A stretch of 64,000 nucleotides of DNA from NCBI GenBank assembly GCA_964016885.1, contig OZ024743.1, positions 268,398,001 to 268,462,000 on the forward strand. The letters are read 5' to 3'. Below, in pieces: positions 44,258 through 55,546 of this stretch (the stretch's first letter is position 1; each line of letters starts with the position of its first letter). The notes beneath the pieces were generated by a model. That model saw only the letters and a list, made by a program, of their open reading frames with translations, did no database searches and was not told the origin of the DNA. The stretch comes from Eledone cirrhosa (taxonomy: Eukaryota). The translations under genes and the position numbers were made by a program.

Positions 44258-45773
44258 ACTTTCTTTATTAGCCACAAGGGCACAAAAGAAGGGGACAAAT
44301 ACAAATGGGGAGTTTACATACAGGTATATGAAAAAAAACTATTAATACAATAACAAATAACAATTGATATCCCTCATAGGGGGGGAGGTGTTACACAGGG
44401 GTTGTACACACCCCGAATAAATGTACAACCCTCATCTCCATGAGCACCAAGAGTGAGTACTCCCCTCCTCTCTTCCTCTTTTTCCTCAACCTACAGGCTT
44501 ATATAGAGAGAAGGCCAAACCACTAGGGCCATCTTTGCGACATTCAACTACCTTTTATAAAATTTGCTGGGGTACAGCACCTCTCTCTCCATCCTGATTC
44601 TTCTTCCAAAATGATATTTGAAAAAACGAATCAGTTGCTCGCCGGAGAGAATGGTGTCTGACCTCAGCCCTTTTAACCTCGTCCACCATATAATCTCTTT
44701 CACCATAGCCATAACACATAGGAAAACCGCCTCTCCCTCGTTTTTGAAGGAGGGTGGCGGTTTGATCAAGACAATGGACTCGGTGGTCAACTGGATTGGT
44801 CCCACCCGCGACAATAGTCGTTCTACATAGCCCCACAAGTCGGTAACGCCGGGCAGTGTACAAATGCGTGTGCGACGCTGTCTTACCGAACAGACTGGCC
44901 AGTTCGTCCTCCTCTACGCCTAGAGTTTCTCCGAGCGTGTCGTCGCACATGCTGCGGACCAACCCTCTATAGAATGCCAAAGTGTAGTCTTCACTGATCG
45001 CCGGGTCCGTTTGCCAGAGGACTGTGAGCGCCTGAGCACAATCGATGTGCCAGTCGCCCATTTTCCTCGGTCTTTGCTTGACCCAAGACTGCAGCTCGGT
45101 CAGCGAGACGAGTCGTTGGAAGGCTCGCCTCACGAATGGAACCCACAACGGTTGTCTGGTGAGGAATACGTGGAGGTGCCGCAGCCTAAGCGCGTGATTG
45201 CGCATCGTCAGCGACGGCAGCCCCAGCCCTCTCTTTCAAGGGTGTTGGCAGCAGATGGATCTTCTCACCAAAGGAGCCCGTTTCTTCCAAAGGAATTGGA
45301 AGAGCGCGCGCTCCATTTTGGTGAGCGTTTTGGCTGGACAAGGCACAACGGTCAAGAAGTAGTAGATGACGGACGCTATAAAAGTGTTCGCCACCTCCGC
45401 TCGACCTTTCAAGGATAGTTTGCACTCGGCCCACTTCTGGGTGAGCGCAAACACCTTGGCCGTCCCCTCGTTCCAGTTCTTCTCCACCTGGAGGTCAGGA
45501 CCAAACCAGACCCCGAGCAGCTTTACCGGTCCTTCCGTCCAGCGTCCGACGACGTCGTCGGAAGGCATCCGTTTGATCTCCACGTTCCGAGTTGCAAACC
45601 GATGGATTTGTCCCGGTTCAGCTTCGCTCCTGTGAATCTTTCGTATTCCTCCAGTAAGGTGCCGACCACCCCGATTTGCGAGGTGCTCGACACAATTACT
45701 GTCACGCCGCTTTTCGCAGTCCCGGTTCCAAAGGGATGCCCTGCAATAGCTCCAAATTCCGCAGTAGTGGCTC
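44258..45773 (-). mobile_element. Tx1/L1-clade non-LTR retrotransposon, copy A (5'-truncated, internal deletions)
   Basis: RT C-terminal and downstream peptides (VKLLGVWFGPDLQVEKNW, LSLKGRAEVAN, KEIIWWTR); AATAAA (minus) at 44264-44269 followed by (TATC)n; ~150-bp deletion at ~44878 relative to copies B and C. Confidence 0.92.
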
Positions 45774-46031
45774 GATAGATAGTGGCTAGATAGATAGATA
45801 AAGTTTCTATTTATTTGCCACGAGGGCACAAAAGAAGGGGACAAATACAAGGGGGGAGTTTACATAAAGGAACGAGTAAAAAACAATTAACAAACATAAA
45901 ATTAACAATACAGACCTCAATAGTGAAGAGGCGTTTTGGGGGTTACACCCCCCCCCCCCCCGAAAAAGGGTTCAACCCTTTTCCTTAGGAGCACAGAGAA
46001 GAGGTGCTCCTTTGCACTACCACCTTTCCAC

Positions 46032-49000
46032 CTACAGGCTGATAAAGAGAGAAGGCCCATTCACACGGGCCATTCTCGCTACTTTCACCCACCTTTCATA
46101 AAACTTGCTGGGGTAGAGCACCTCTCTCTCCATTCTGATCCTTCTCTTAAAATGGTATTTAAAGATAAGTACCAGTTGTTGGCCGGAGAGAAAGGTGTCC
46201 GACCTCAGCCCTTTCAAACGTGTCCACCATACCACCTCTTTAACCATGGCTATTACACAGAGGAAGACCGCCTCTCCTTCATTTTTGACGGGGGAGGCGG
46301 CTTGATCGTTACAATGGTCTCAGTGGTCAACCGGATTGGTCCCACCCGTGACAGCAGTCGTTCGACATAGCCCCACAGATCGGCAATGCCCGAGCAATGT
46401 ACCAATGCGTGCGCAACGGTTTCCTCGTCGCGCACGCATATGGGACAGATATTTTTCGAGGGGTCTCTACCCGGGCGCCCGTGTCTGTAGAGCTTTTCTC
46501 GAACGGGCAGCGCCCCTCTGAAGCACTGCCAGGCCAGGGACTTCTGGAAGTTGTCCATAGGTCCCGGGCCAAATGTCTTTCCGAATAGGCTGACCAGTTC
46601 GTCTTCCTCCATGCCTAAGGCTTGTCCGAGGGCGTCGTCGCAACTACTAACCACCAGCCCTCTATAGAATGACGAGGTGGATCCGTGAGCGCCAGGGCAC
46701 ACTCGGTGTGCCAGGCGCCCAGTTTTCTCGGTCTTTGCTTGACCCAGGACTGCAGCTCGGTGAACGAGATGAGTCTCGGAAAGGCTCGCCTCACAAATAG
46801 GGCCCGCACCGGTTGACAGGTGAGGAATACCTGGAGGTGCCGTAGCGTTAATGCGTGTTTACGCATCAGCAGCCACGGCATCCCCAGCCCTCCTTTGGAA
46901 GGGTGTTGACAACAGATGGATCTCCTCACCAAAGGAGCCCGCTTCTTCCAAAGGAATTGGAAGAGTGCGCGCTCCATTTTGGTGAGCGTTTCTCTTGGGC
47001 AAGGCATGACGGTTAGGCGGTAATATGACGGACGCTATATAAGCGTTCGCCACCTCCGCCCGACCTTTCAGGGATAGTTTGCACTCAGCCCACTTCCGCG
47101 TCAGCGCAAACACCCTGTTTGATACCTCACCCCAGTTCTTCTCCACCTGGAGGTCTGGCCCGAACCAGACCCCGAGCAACTTCACCGGGCCCTCCGTCCA
47201 ACGTCCGACGACGCTGTTGGAGGCCATCGGTTTTCCCCTCCACTCGCCGAGTTGCAAACCGACGAACTTGTCCCGGTTCAGCTTAGCCTCTGTAAACGTT
47301 TCGTATTCCTCCAGTAAGGTGCCGATCACTCCGATTTCCGAGGCGGTTGACACCATTACTGTTACGTCATCGACACTGCTTTCCGCAATCCCGGTTCCAA
47401 AGGGATGCCCTGTAACAACTCCAACTTCCGCAACAGTGGCTCTAGGGCCAATACATACAGAAAGGAGGAGAGAGGGCATCCCTGTCGGATGGACCGCGTG
47501 ATTTCGAACGGCTCCGAGAGGTAGCCGTTCACCTTGACCCTAGAGCAGATGCGGTTGCTGTGAATAGCAGTCATCCAGCCCCTGAAAACGGGTCCGAAAC
47601 CTGCCGCCACTATCACCGCATCCAGGTAACGATGGTCGACCCTATCGAACGCCTTAGATTGATCTAAGTTGATCAGGGCCCCACCAAAGCCGGGTTCGTC
47701 CCAACCCTCTCTATGATGTATCGCATGAGATGGAGGTTGTCGTGAATGGACCTGGACGGGATGGCGCATGTCTGCGCATCTCCCACCATGTTGCCCACGT
47801 CAAGTGCCAACCTCTTTGCTAACACCTTGGCCAAAATCTTTAACTCTGCATTTAGCAGTGTTATGGGTCTAAAATTAGTTATTTCATCACCCTTGTTCTC
47901 GTCCTTCCTCACTAGCGAGACTACGCCCTTGGTCACAGAACAGGGAATTCTCCCGTTCTGTTGCCAGTTGCAGTAGACCGCTTCGAGCAGGTCGAAGAAA
48001 AAGTCCGGTATACAGTTCGTATGGAAGACCATCGAAGCGCGGAGATTTGCGTCTGCCGCATTGGCTCAGCACGTCCCCTATTTCAGCAGCTGAGATCGGC
48101 CTCTCGCAGGACTTTGCCTCCTTGTTCGAAAGACGCGGGAGGCCATCGAGGTATGGACCGAGGTCCACATCCCCATTGAGCCCCTCGCCCCTTCCGAACA
48201 ATCGGGAAAAGTGCTTTTGAAAGGCCTCGCACGTCTGCTTAGGTTCAAGGATCACCCGTCCATCCTGATCTCGCAAAGACCGGATAGTGGATCTAGTTCC
48301 ACTTTTGGCTTCTGTCACAAGGGCCCAGCTAACAGCTTTGGTCCCCTCGTTTCCCAGAGCACGTATTTTGCTTCGGACAACGCAGCCTTCGTGTTTCGCG
48401 TCGAAGAACTGGCCCAAAGCCGTTCTCGACGCTAGCACTCTGGCTACGTCGCCGCTTCTAATTGCCTCTTCTACACTATCTACCAACGCCCTTTCTTTCC
48501 TATTTCTATCTGAGGCTAACTCCTTACTAACTCCTATTGACGCTACTCTAATCTCTCTTTTGAGAGAGCCCGACCACCTGCTGTTGACGATGGCGCCCGT
48601 CAACCGCTCCTTAACTAATGTACTAATCCGGTTCCTGTAAGCTTTACTTGCCGGTAAGGACAAGTTGAGCTTCCAGTAACCGGGTCCCTGTCTATGCGTT
48701 CTATCAAGGTTGACCATGGAGGTCACTAACTTGTGGTCTGAATAGACAACCATGAGCATTTTTGGACAACTTAAAAAGTCCCTATCCTTATTTCTAACTA
48801 AGAACCTATCTAGGTATGATCTAGATTGACCGCTATGGTTTCTCTAAGTCCAGGTTGGCACAGTCGGAAAATCTAGTCGATATCTATCGGCCAGGTCGAA
48901 TTGGCCGATTAACCCCTTGAGGCTGTTACAACACCCTCTATCAGGACATGCCCCTACATAGTCCCAACCTGCATCTAGGATACCATTCCAGTCCACCACT

Positions 49001-49405
49001 AAAAGCAAGGAGCGGGACGCCCCTAGAAAAGTCCCCAGACGATGGAAGAAGTCCGGTCGCGTTGACCCAAAAGGGCCGTAGACGGCGACCAGCCTAAAAG
49101 CTCCGCCTTCACCACAGCCAATGTCCAGAACCACTAGTCGACCCTCGGGGTCCAAGTGTACCGTCTGTGTAGCGAGACCCATATGTTTTTGCAGCAGAAC
49201 GACAACCCCACCCCCGGGCTGACAGAGAGATGCGTGCATCTCAAAGTCATCAAAGGTGGGCCAGCTGTCGCACGCTGCTGATCCAGGCCTCGCAAATAAC
49301 CATCACATTTATACATCGTGACCTGAGGTCATTTAGAAGCATTGCTTGCTTCCAAGGTTGGCCCAGGCCACGCGCATTTAGACAACCTATTCTCAACACA
49401 GCCAT
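46032..49405 (-). pseudogene. Copy B ORF2: apurinic-like endonuclease, reverse transcriptase and C-terminal Cys/His domain, frameshifted
   Basis: Starts MAVLRIGCLNARG (ATG at 49405). Contains SDHKLV, GPGYWKLN, FRPITLLNAELKILAKVLAKRL, DQSKAFDRVDH, RQGCPLS and CPICVRDEETVAHALVHC. YADD is destroyed by a 10-nt deletion at ~47371. Confidence 0.95.
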
Positions 49406-49429
49406 GTTGGTGGTAAAGAGAAAAGGCAC

Positions 49430-51204
49430 TTACCTCTCTGCGTCCCGGGGACCCGGCCGCACAATTTCCTTGGGGATGGGGGTTTGTGGAAGTGTAGGGG
49501 TATCAGTGTGTGGTGGGTTGGGGTGTTTGGAGTTGTGTGGGTGTCTGGGGGGGATTTTTTAGGAGGACACGGTTAATGGGTCTGACGCAGGGGGGCCCCC
49601 ACGTACTCTTTAAAAGTGTCTTTTAACGTTTTGTAATGCCCATTGGAGTTTTATCATTTTTCTTGTGCGAAATTCGAACCTTCGGTTTTTATTAAGTTGT
49701 TATTATAAATAGCGTTTAACAGTTTTTTGTTTATTGTACTTATATGTATATGCACATTTTTCTTTTTGCGTGATGTTTTTTGTTTGCTGTTGTTGTGTTT
49801 TTTTTGTAATCATGTCTGTGTTATGGCTTGGGGAGGGGTTGTTTGTATTTGTGGTGTGTTATCTTTTTTTTCTTAACTTTATGAAAGTGCCCCCCACCCT
49901 CGTCTGACGACGAAAAGGGGTCGTCTTCTGTATTCGAGGGGAGAGGTTCATTTTCGGCTCATGTTTGTGGTGTGGGTGTTATTGTATTTGTTTTCTGTGT
50001 CGGGGGGATTGGAGGGGTTTTGTTTTCAGTTGTGTTTTAACTTGTGGTGTTAGTTGTTTTTGTGGTGGTGGTGGAGGTTGTGTTAGTGTTGTAGTTGTTG
50101 GTGTGGGGAAAATCGGTGTTTTTTTTTGTTTGCTTGGGAACAGGTGACCTCTGCCACCACAGAGGTAACAAGCGGGTCGTTTACCCTCCATTGTGATGTG
50201 TAAGTAGGCAAGCCCATCCAGCAATATGCGGTCGGGGATCCTAGCAATTCGTTCTGGCTGCATTTGCACCAGAACTTGTAGGCTAGTTCCACCGAACACG
50301 TTGCTGAAAGACTTACCTACCGAAATTACTGCATCCTCTTTCAAGTCAAGGAGGCCACACATTACCGCCCAGAAATCAATATATGGATCGATACTGTGTA
50401 TGGTCAATCTTTGTGTTTTTCTTCCCAAATAAGTGGGGAAGAAGGTAAATAAGGGGGACACAATTGGGGCCAGGGAATGTTTTTTGGCTGTCAATTTATC
50501 TTTTATTCGGATGGATAGACTACCGTAGAGTCTATCCTTACGAATGAATACAATGTTTTTCAGATGATCTTTTAACGCCAGTTCAATCTCTGTCTGTGTG
50601 AGTTGTACTGGCTTACGGGTTTTGTTTTATATTGTCCTATAAATAATAGTTTTTAAGCTATTTTCCTTTTTTAGCTCTAGGGGAGAATTTAAAGATAGAC
50701 CATTCTCCTCCAAAGTTATATACTTGCGTGAATTTTCCATTTGCTGGGCCATGTTCGAAATGTCAATAGGTTCGTACACGATAGTTTTTTTATTATGCTT
50801 TGCGCGAACGTCATTTTGTTTTCTTGTTTTTTATTGTTACAATTTTCATTTTTTGTGTTTGTGTTATTTATGTTGGTGTATGCGTTCACATTTTTTTCCC
50901 CGTTGGCGTTAAACTCCATTTTTTCAAAATGTTCACTTATATTTTCAGTATCCGAGAGACTCGTAGTTACAGCTACTAGTTCTCTTTCAGCTTTGCTGGT
51001 GGGTGTGGCACCGTGAAAAGTCGAAACGGCATCCATTAATTTTGGCAATTTTTTTCACATTTTTTCATTAGGGTTAGGATCCATTTTTTCAATGTTTCTA
51101 ATAATCATTATTCTTTCAGTAGGGAGGCGTGTTACCTCCGCTACCCCCTCTCCTTCACTTTGTTTAGTGGGCGTGTCATCGTTACCTGTGGTAATGGCAT
51201 CCAT
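49430..51204 (-). pseudogene. Copy B ORF1 (gag-like nucleic-acid-binding protein with zinc knuckle), frameshifted
   Basis: ATG at 51204 (MDAITT...). ORF 49979-50494 is homologous to copy C ORF1 (FFPTY.G..TQ; ITMEGKRPACYLCGGRGHL). TAA at 49430-49432. Confidence 0.85.
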
Positions 51205-52701
51205 TACCACTAGCGTAGAGACAATTACAAGATTTTAGGATGAAAAATTTCACCCCAAAAGGGGTGAAATAAATTAACCCTAATGTCCGAAGACCCAGGC
51301 AAGGGGGTTAATTAACACAATAACGCAAGAATACAGACAAACACTTACTGTTAACACGTAATATCTCCAATTCTCGCGGAGCCGATGTGAAGAACGTCTA
51401 TATCATCCGGAGATAGATAGATAGATAACTTTCTATTTATTTGCCACCAGGGCATCAAATATTGGGACAAATACAAGGGGGGCGGGGAAGAGTTTACATA
51501 CATTTCAAAGGACGTGTAAAAACATAACAAATCAAATTCAACAATCGAAGTCCTCAATGGGGAGGGGGGCGTTGACGTGGGTCGCACACACCCCCGAAAA
51601 AATGTGCAACCCCCCTCCCCAGGAGCACAAAGAGCGGGTGCTCCCTTCCTCTCCTTCTTCTACTCCACTTTCGCCTACAGGCTGATATAAAGAGAAGGCA
51701 CATTCACTCGGGCTATTCTCGCCACTTTCACCCACCTTTCATAAAACTTGCTGGGGTAGAGCACCTCTCTATCCATTCTGATCCTTCTTCTAAAATGGTA
51801 CTTGAAAAAATGGACCAGTTGTTGGCCTGAGAGAAAAGTGTCTGACCTCAGCCCTTTCAACCTCGTCCACCATACAACCTCTTTCGCCATAGCTATCACA
51901 CAGAGGAAAACCGCCTCTCCTTCGTTTTTGAAGGGGGGAGGCGGTTTGATTGTGACAATGTACTCGGTGGTCAACCCGATTGGTCCCACCCGCGACAGTA
52001 GTCGTTCCACATAGCCCCACAGGTCAGCAACGCCCGGGCAGTGTACGAATGCGTGCGCGACGGTTTCCTCGTCCCGCACGTATCTCGGACAAATCTTCTT
52101 CGAGGGGTCCCAACCCGGGCGTCCTTGTCTGTAGAGCTTGTCCCGAACGGGTAGAGCTCCTCAGTAGCACTGCCAAGCCAGGGACTTTTGGAAGTTGTCC
52201 ATCGGTCCCGGGCCAAACGTCCTACCGAACAGACTAGTTAGCTCATCTTCCTCCATGCCCAGAGCCTCTCCGAGAGCGTCGTCGCATTTACTGCGCACCA
52301 ACCAACTATAGAATGTTGAGGTTGAGTCTCCACTGATTGCCGGATCCGCTTACCAGAGGGTCGTGAGCGCCTGGGCAGATTCAATGTGCCAGTCGCCCAC
52401 TTTTCTCGGTCTTTGCTTGACCCAGGATTGCAGCTCGGTGAGCGAGACGAGTCTCGGAAAGGCTCGCCTCACAAAAGGGGCCCACACCGGCTGACAGGGG
52501 AGGAATACCTGGAGGTGCCGTAGCCTTAATGTATGTCTACGCATCATCAGCGACGGCATCCCCAGCCCTCCGTTCGAAGGGTGTAAACCTTTCGTATTCC
52601 TCCAGTAAGGTGCCGATCTGCCCGATTTCCGAGGCGTACGACACCGTTATTGTCACGTCATCGGCGTAGGCCGACACCGCTTTCCACAATCCCGGTTCCA
52701 A

Positions 52702-53408
52702 GTTTCTAAGGTGGAAACCGAAGGGAAAATGTTCACCAACGCGGCGAATAAACCGCATTTAAAAATGATTAGGGTCCCAAGGGACACCTACGCAATGCTC
52801 AAACAGAACTTTCCCGAGGACGTGGGTAACTCCTGTACTAGACCTTCCAACCGCGTCCTTTTGAAATGTTTCCCCACCACCACCCCAGGCACCCCCACCA
52901 CACACCGATGTCCCCAAACCACCACCCCACCAAACAATACCTTCAACACCCCCATGGAAATTGTGCAGCCTGGTCCCCAGGAGACGGAGGGGCAGGTGTC
53001 TTTTCTTTTTCTCCACTTTAACTCTTCACCACCAACATGGCTGTTATAAGTGTTGGATGTTTAAATGTGCGCGGCCCGGGAATGTCCTGGAAGCAGGACA
53101 AACTCTTTAATGACCTCAGGTCGCACAGAATGGATGTAATAGTTATTTGCGAGTCCAGGATCAGCAGCGAACACCAACTGACCCCATCTTCGACGACTTT
53201 GAGATCTATGCATCTCTCTGTCACGGGTGGGGGTGGGGTTGTCGTGCTGCTGCGAAAACACCTGGGCCTCGCAACACAGAAGATACACCTGGACCCGGAG
53301 GGTCGACTGGTGGTTCTAGACGTCGGCAGTAGTGAAGTTGGATCCTTCAGGCTGGTGGCAGCGTATGCCCCATCTGGGACACTACGACCGGACTTCTTCC
53401 AACGTCTT
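52702..53408 (+). mobile_element. Inverted internal segment of copy C (ORF1 C-terminus plus ORF2 endonuclease N-terminus)
   Basis: The plus-strand ORF from 53037 (MAVISVGCLNVRG...DPEGRLVVLDV...FRLVAAYAP...PDFFQRL) is homologous to minus-strand copy B 49405-49035, while both flanks are minus-strand. Confidence 0.92.
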
Positions 53409-54413
53409 TATCTTGTACAAGTGTTTTCTTGTTTGTGTGATGTATGTATAATGTTTTTGTTGTGTTGTGTTTTTTTTGTTTGTTGTTCTTGTGTGTGTTT
53501 GCGTTTTGTAGTATGTGTTATGTTTTCGGGAGAGGTGGTTTGTGTTTGTGATGTTTGTTCTGTTTGTGCTGGTGGTTGTGTGTTGGTTGCATTTTTGTTA
53601 ATGTGGTGCCTTTTTTCTTTCTTTTTACTGGTTGAAAGGGCTCTCCCTCGTCGTCACTGGGTGACATTTATAAGGGGTCCACGTCCGTGTTGTTGGGGAG
53701 GGGTATATTTGGGGGTTTTGTTGTGGTTGTGGGTGATTTTGTATTTGTTTTAGGTGGGGAGGGGTTGGGTGGGACACTGTCTTGTGTTGTTATTTTTTCC
53801 TGTTGTTGTAGTTGTTGTTGTGGTGGTGGTTGTGGTGGTGGTGGTTGTGGTAGTGGTGGTTGTGGTGGTGGTGGTTGTATTGTTGTGTTCGGGGTTGGCA
53901 GAAGAGCCTTTTTTTTACTCGTTAATTGAGGACAGGCAGCCCTCAGGTGACCCCTGCTTAAGCATTGGTAACAGGACGGCCACCTACCCTCAACTGAAAT
54001 ATTTATATAGATTAGCCCGTCCAGAGGCACACGTTGTGGGATTTTAGCTATTCGTTCTGTGCTCATTTGAACCAGAACTTCTACGCTAGTCCCACTAAAT
54101 ACACCTCTGGAGGACTTTCCTACTAAGATTATTCTGTCTTCATCAAAATCAATGAATCCACATAGTATCCACCAAATATTTACATTTGATGTGATACTCA
54201 TAATTTTTATTTTTTGTGTCCTTTTTCCCCTGTATGTGGGGAAAAAGGTGAAACGGGAGGACACAATGGGTGATACAGCGTATTTTTGTGCCGTTGGCTG
54301 GTCATTCAATAGCACCGAAATGCTACCAAACAGTTTTCCTCTTTGGATGAAGGTTATGTCCTTCATTGCATCTTTTAGAACCAGCTCAATTTCATTTAGT
54401 GATAATTGAGCTG

Positions 54414-54460
54414 GTTTAATAATAGTTTAATAATAGTTTAATAATAGTTTAATAATAGTT
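54414..54460. repeat. 11-bp tandem repeat (GTTTAATAATA)x4 disrupting copy C ORF1
   Basis: Units at 54414, 54425, 54436 and 54447. Confidence 0.9.
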
Positions 54461-55208
54461 GCGTTTGATATTGTCCTGAAAACCACAGTTTTCAGGACAG
54501 TCTCTCTACGTAATACCTGTGGAGAATTGATGCTAAAAGCACCGTTTTGTCCAAAAGTTACATATTGTTTTGAATCTTGGAGTAGCTGTTTTGCGTTAGT
54601 GATGTCAATTGGAGTGTATAGTTCTGTTTTTTTACAGTTTGTGCGAACGACGTTTTGGTGTTGTTGTCTTTCTTGTTGATGTTGTTGTTGTCACTGTTGT
54701 TGATGTTGTTCATATTTTCCTTGGTGTTGGTGTTGTTATTGTTGCAGTTGTTGGTTTTGGTGTTATTGTCATTGTTCTTGTTGTTGGTGCTGGGATTATT
54801 TACCGGGTTTGGTTCCGTGGTTGTAATATTTACAACGTTTTTCGATAAGGCGAGGGGGGAAGGCTGCAATCTTTGTACACCTATCTTCTCTCCACCACTT
54901 TTCTTAGTGGGCGTGGCACTCACTACAGTGTGAGAGGTTGAAATGGCATCCATTACTAACTAACAAGTCTACACACATTTTTCAGATGAAAATTTCGTCC
55001 CAAAAAGGGGCAAAAATTAGCTAACCCAAAGTCTGAAGGCCCAGACGAGGGGTTAAACTAAACAATAATAACAAATTCAACAATAAATTCACAGTTTTTT
55101 GTACAATAATCCGTAAACAATCTGGAGCGAAGTAATACACGTCTACCAATCACGAAGATAGATAGATAGGTAGATAGATAGATAAACAGATAGATAAATA
55201 GATAGATA

Positions 55209-55546
55209 TATTTCTTTATTAGCCACAGGGGCACAAAAGAAGGGGACAAATACAAAGGGGGAAGTTTACATACAATAAAAACGTGTAAAATTTTATCACA
55301 AATGCAATTTAAAAAATTGGTCGATTTTCCCCAATAGGGGGAGACAGTTCATATGGGTAACACATGCCCCCGAAAAAATGTGCAACTCTCCACTCCAGGA
55401 GTACGAAGAGTTTGTACTCCTTTCCTCTCCTCCTGTTCCTCAACCTACAGGCTGATATAGAGAGAAGGCCCATTCACTCGAGCCATTCTCGCCACTTTCA
55501 CCCACCTTTCATAAAACTTGCTGGGGTACAGCACCTCTCTCTCCAT
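55209..55546 (-). mobile_element. Tx1/L1-clade retrotransposon, copy D (3' ~340 bp only)
   Basis: 3'UTR and last ORF2 codons are homologous to copies A-C; AATAAA at 55215-55220; (GATA)n on both sides (55157-55208 and 55551-55563). Confidence 0.92.

Larger units (their letters stand above)
45801..51410 (-). mobile_element. Tx1/L1-clade non-LTR retrotransposon, copy B (full length ~5.6 kb, pseudogenised)
   Basis: 5'UTR, ORF1, ORF2 (APE-RT-Cys-rich) and 3'UTR with AATAAA at 45810-45815, flanked by (GATA)n on both sides. Confidence 0.95.
51428..55155 (-). mobile_element. Tx1/L1-clade non-LTR retrotransposon, copy C (both ends intact; internal inversion and deletions)
   Basis: 3' end with AATAAA at 51436-51441 plus (TATC)n; intact AVSAYADDVT at ~52651-52680; ORF1 with CYQCLSRGHLRAAC (CX2CX4HX4C) in 53668-54366; ORF1 ATG at 54953; 5' end abuts (GATA)n at 55156. 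Confidence 0.93.

Noticed and set aside
53409-53753. Cys/Val-rich C-terminal half of the 238-aa ORF 53037-53753, suggesting a novel endonuclease fusion
   Set aside because: It is the antisense reading of ORF1 beyond the inversion breakpoint.
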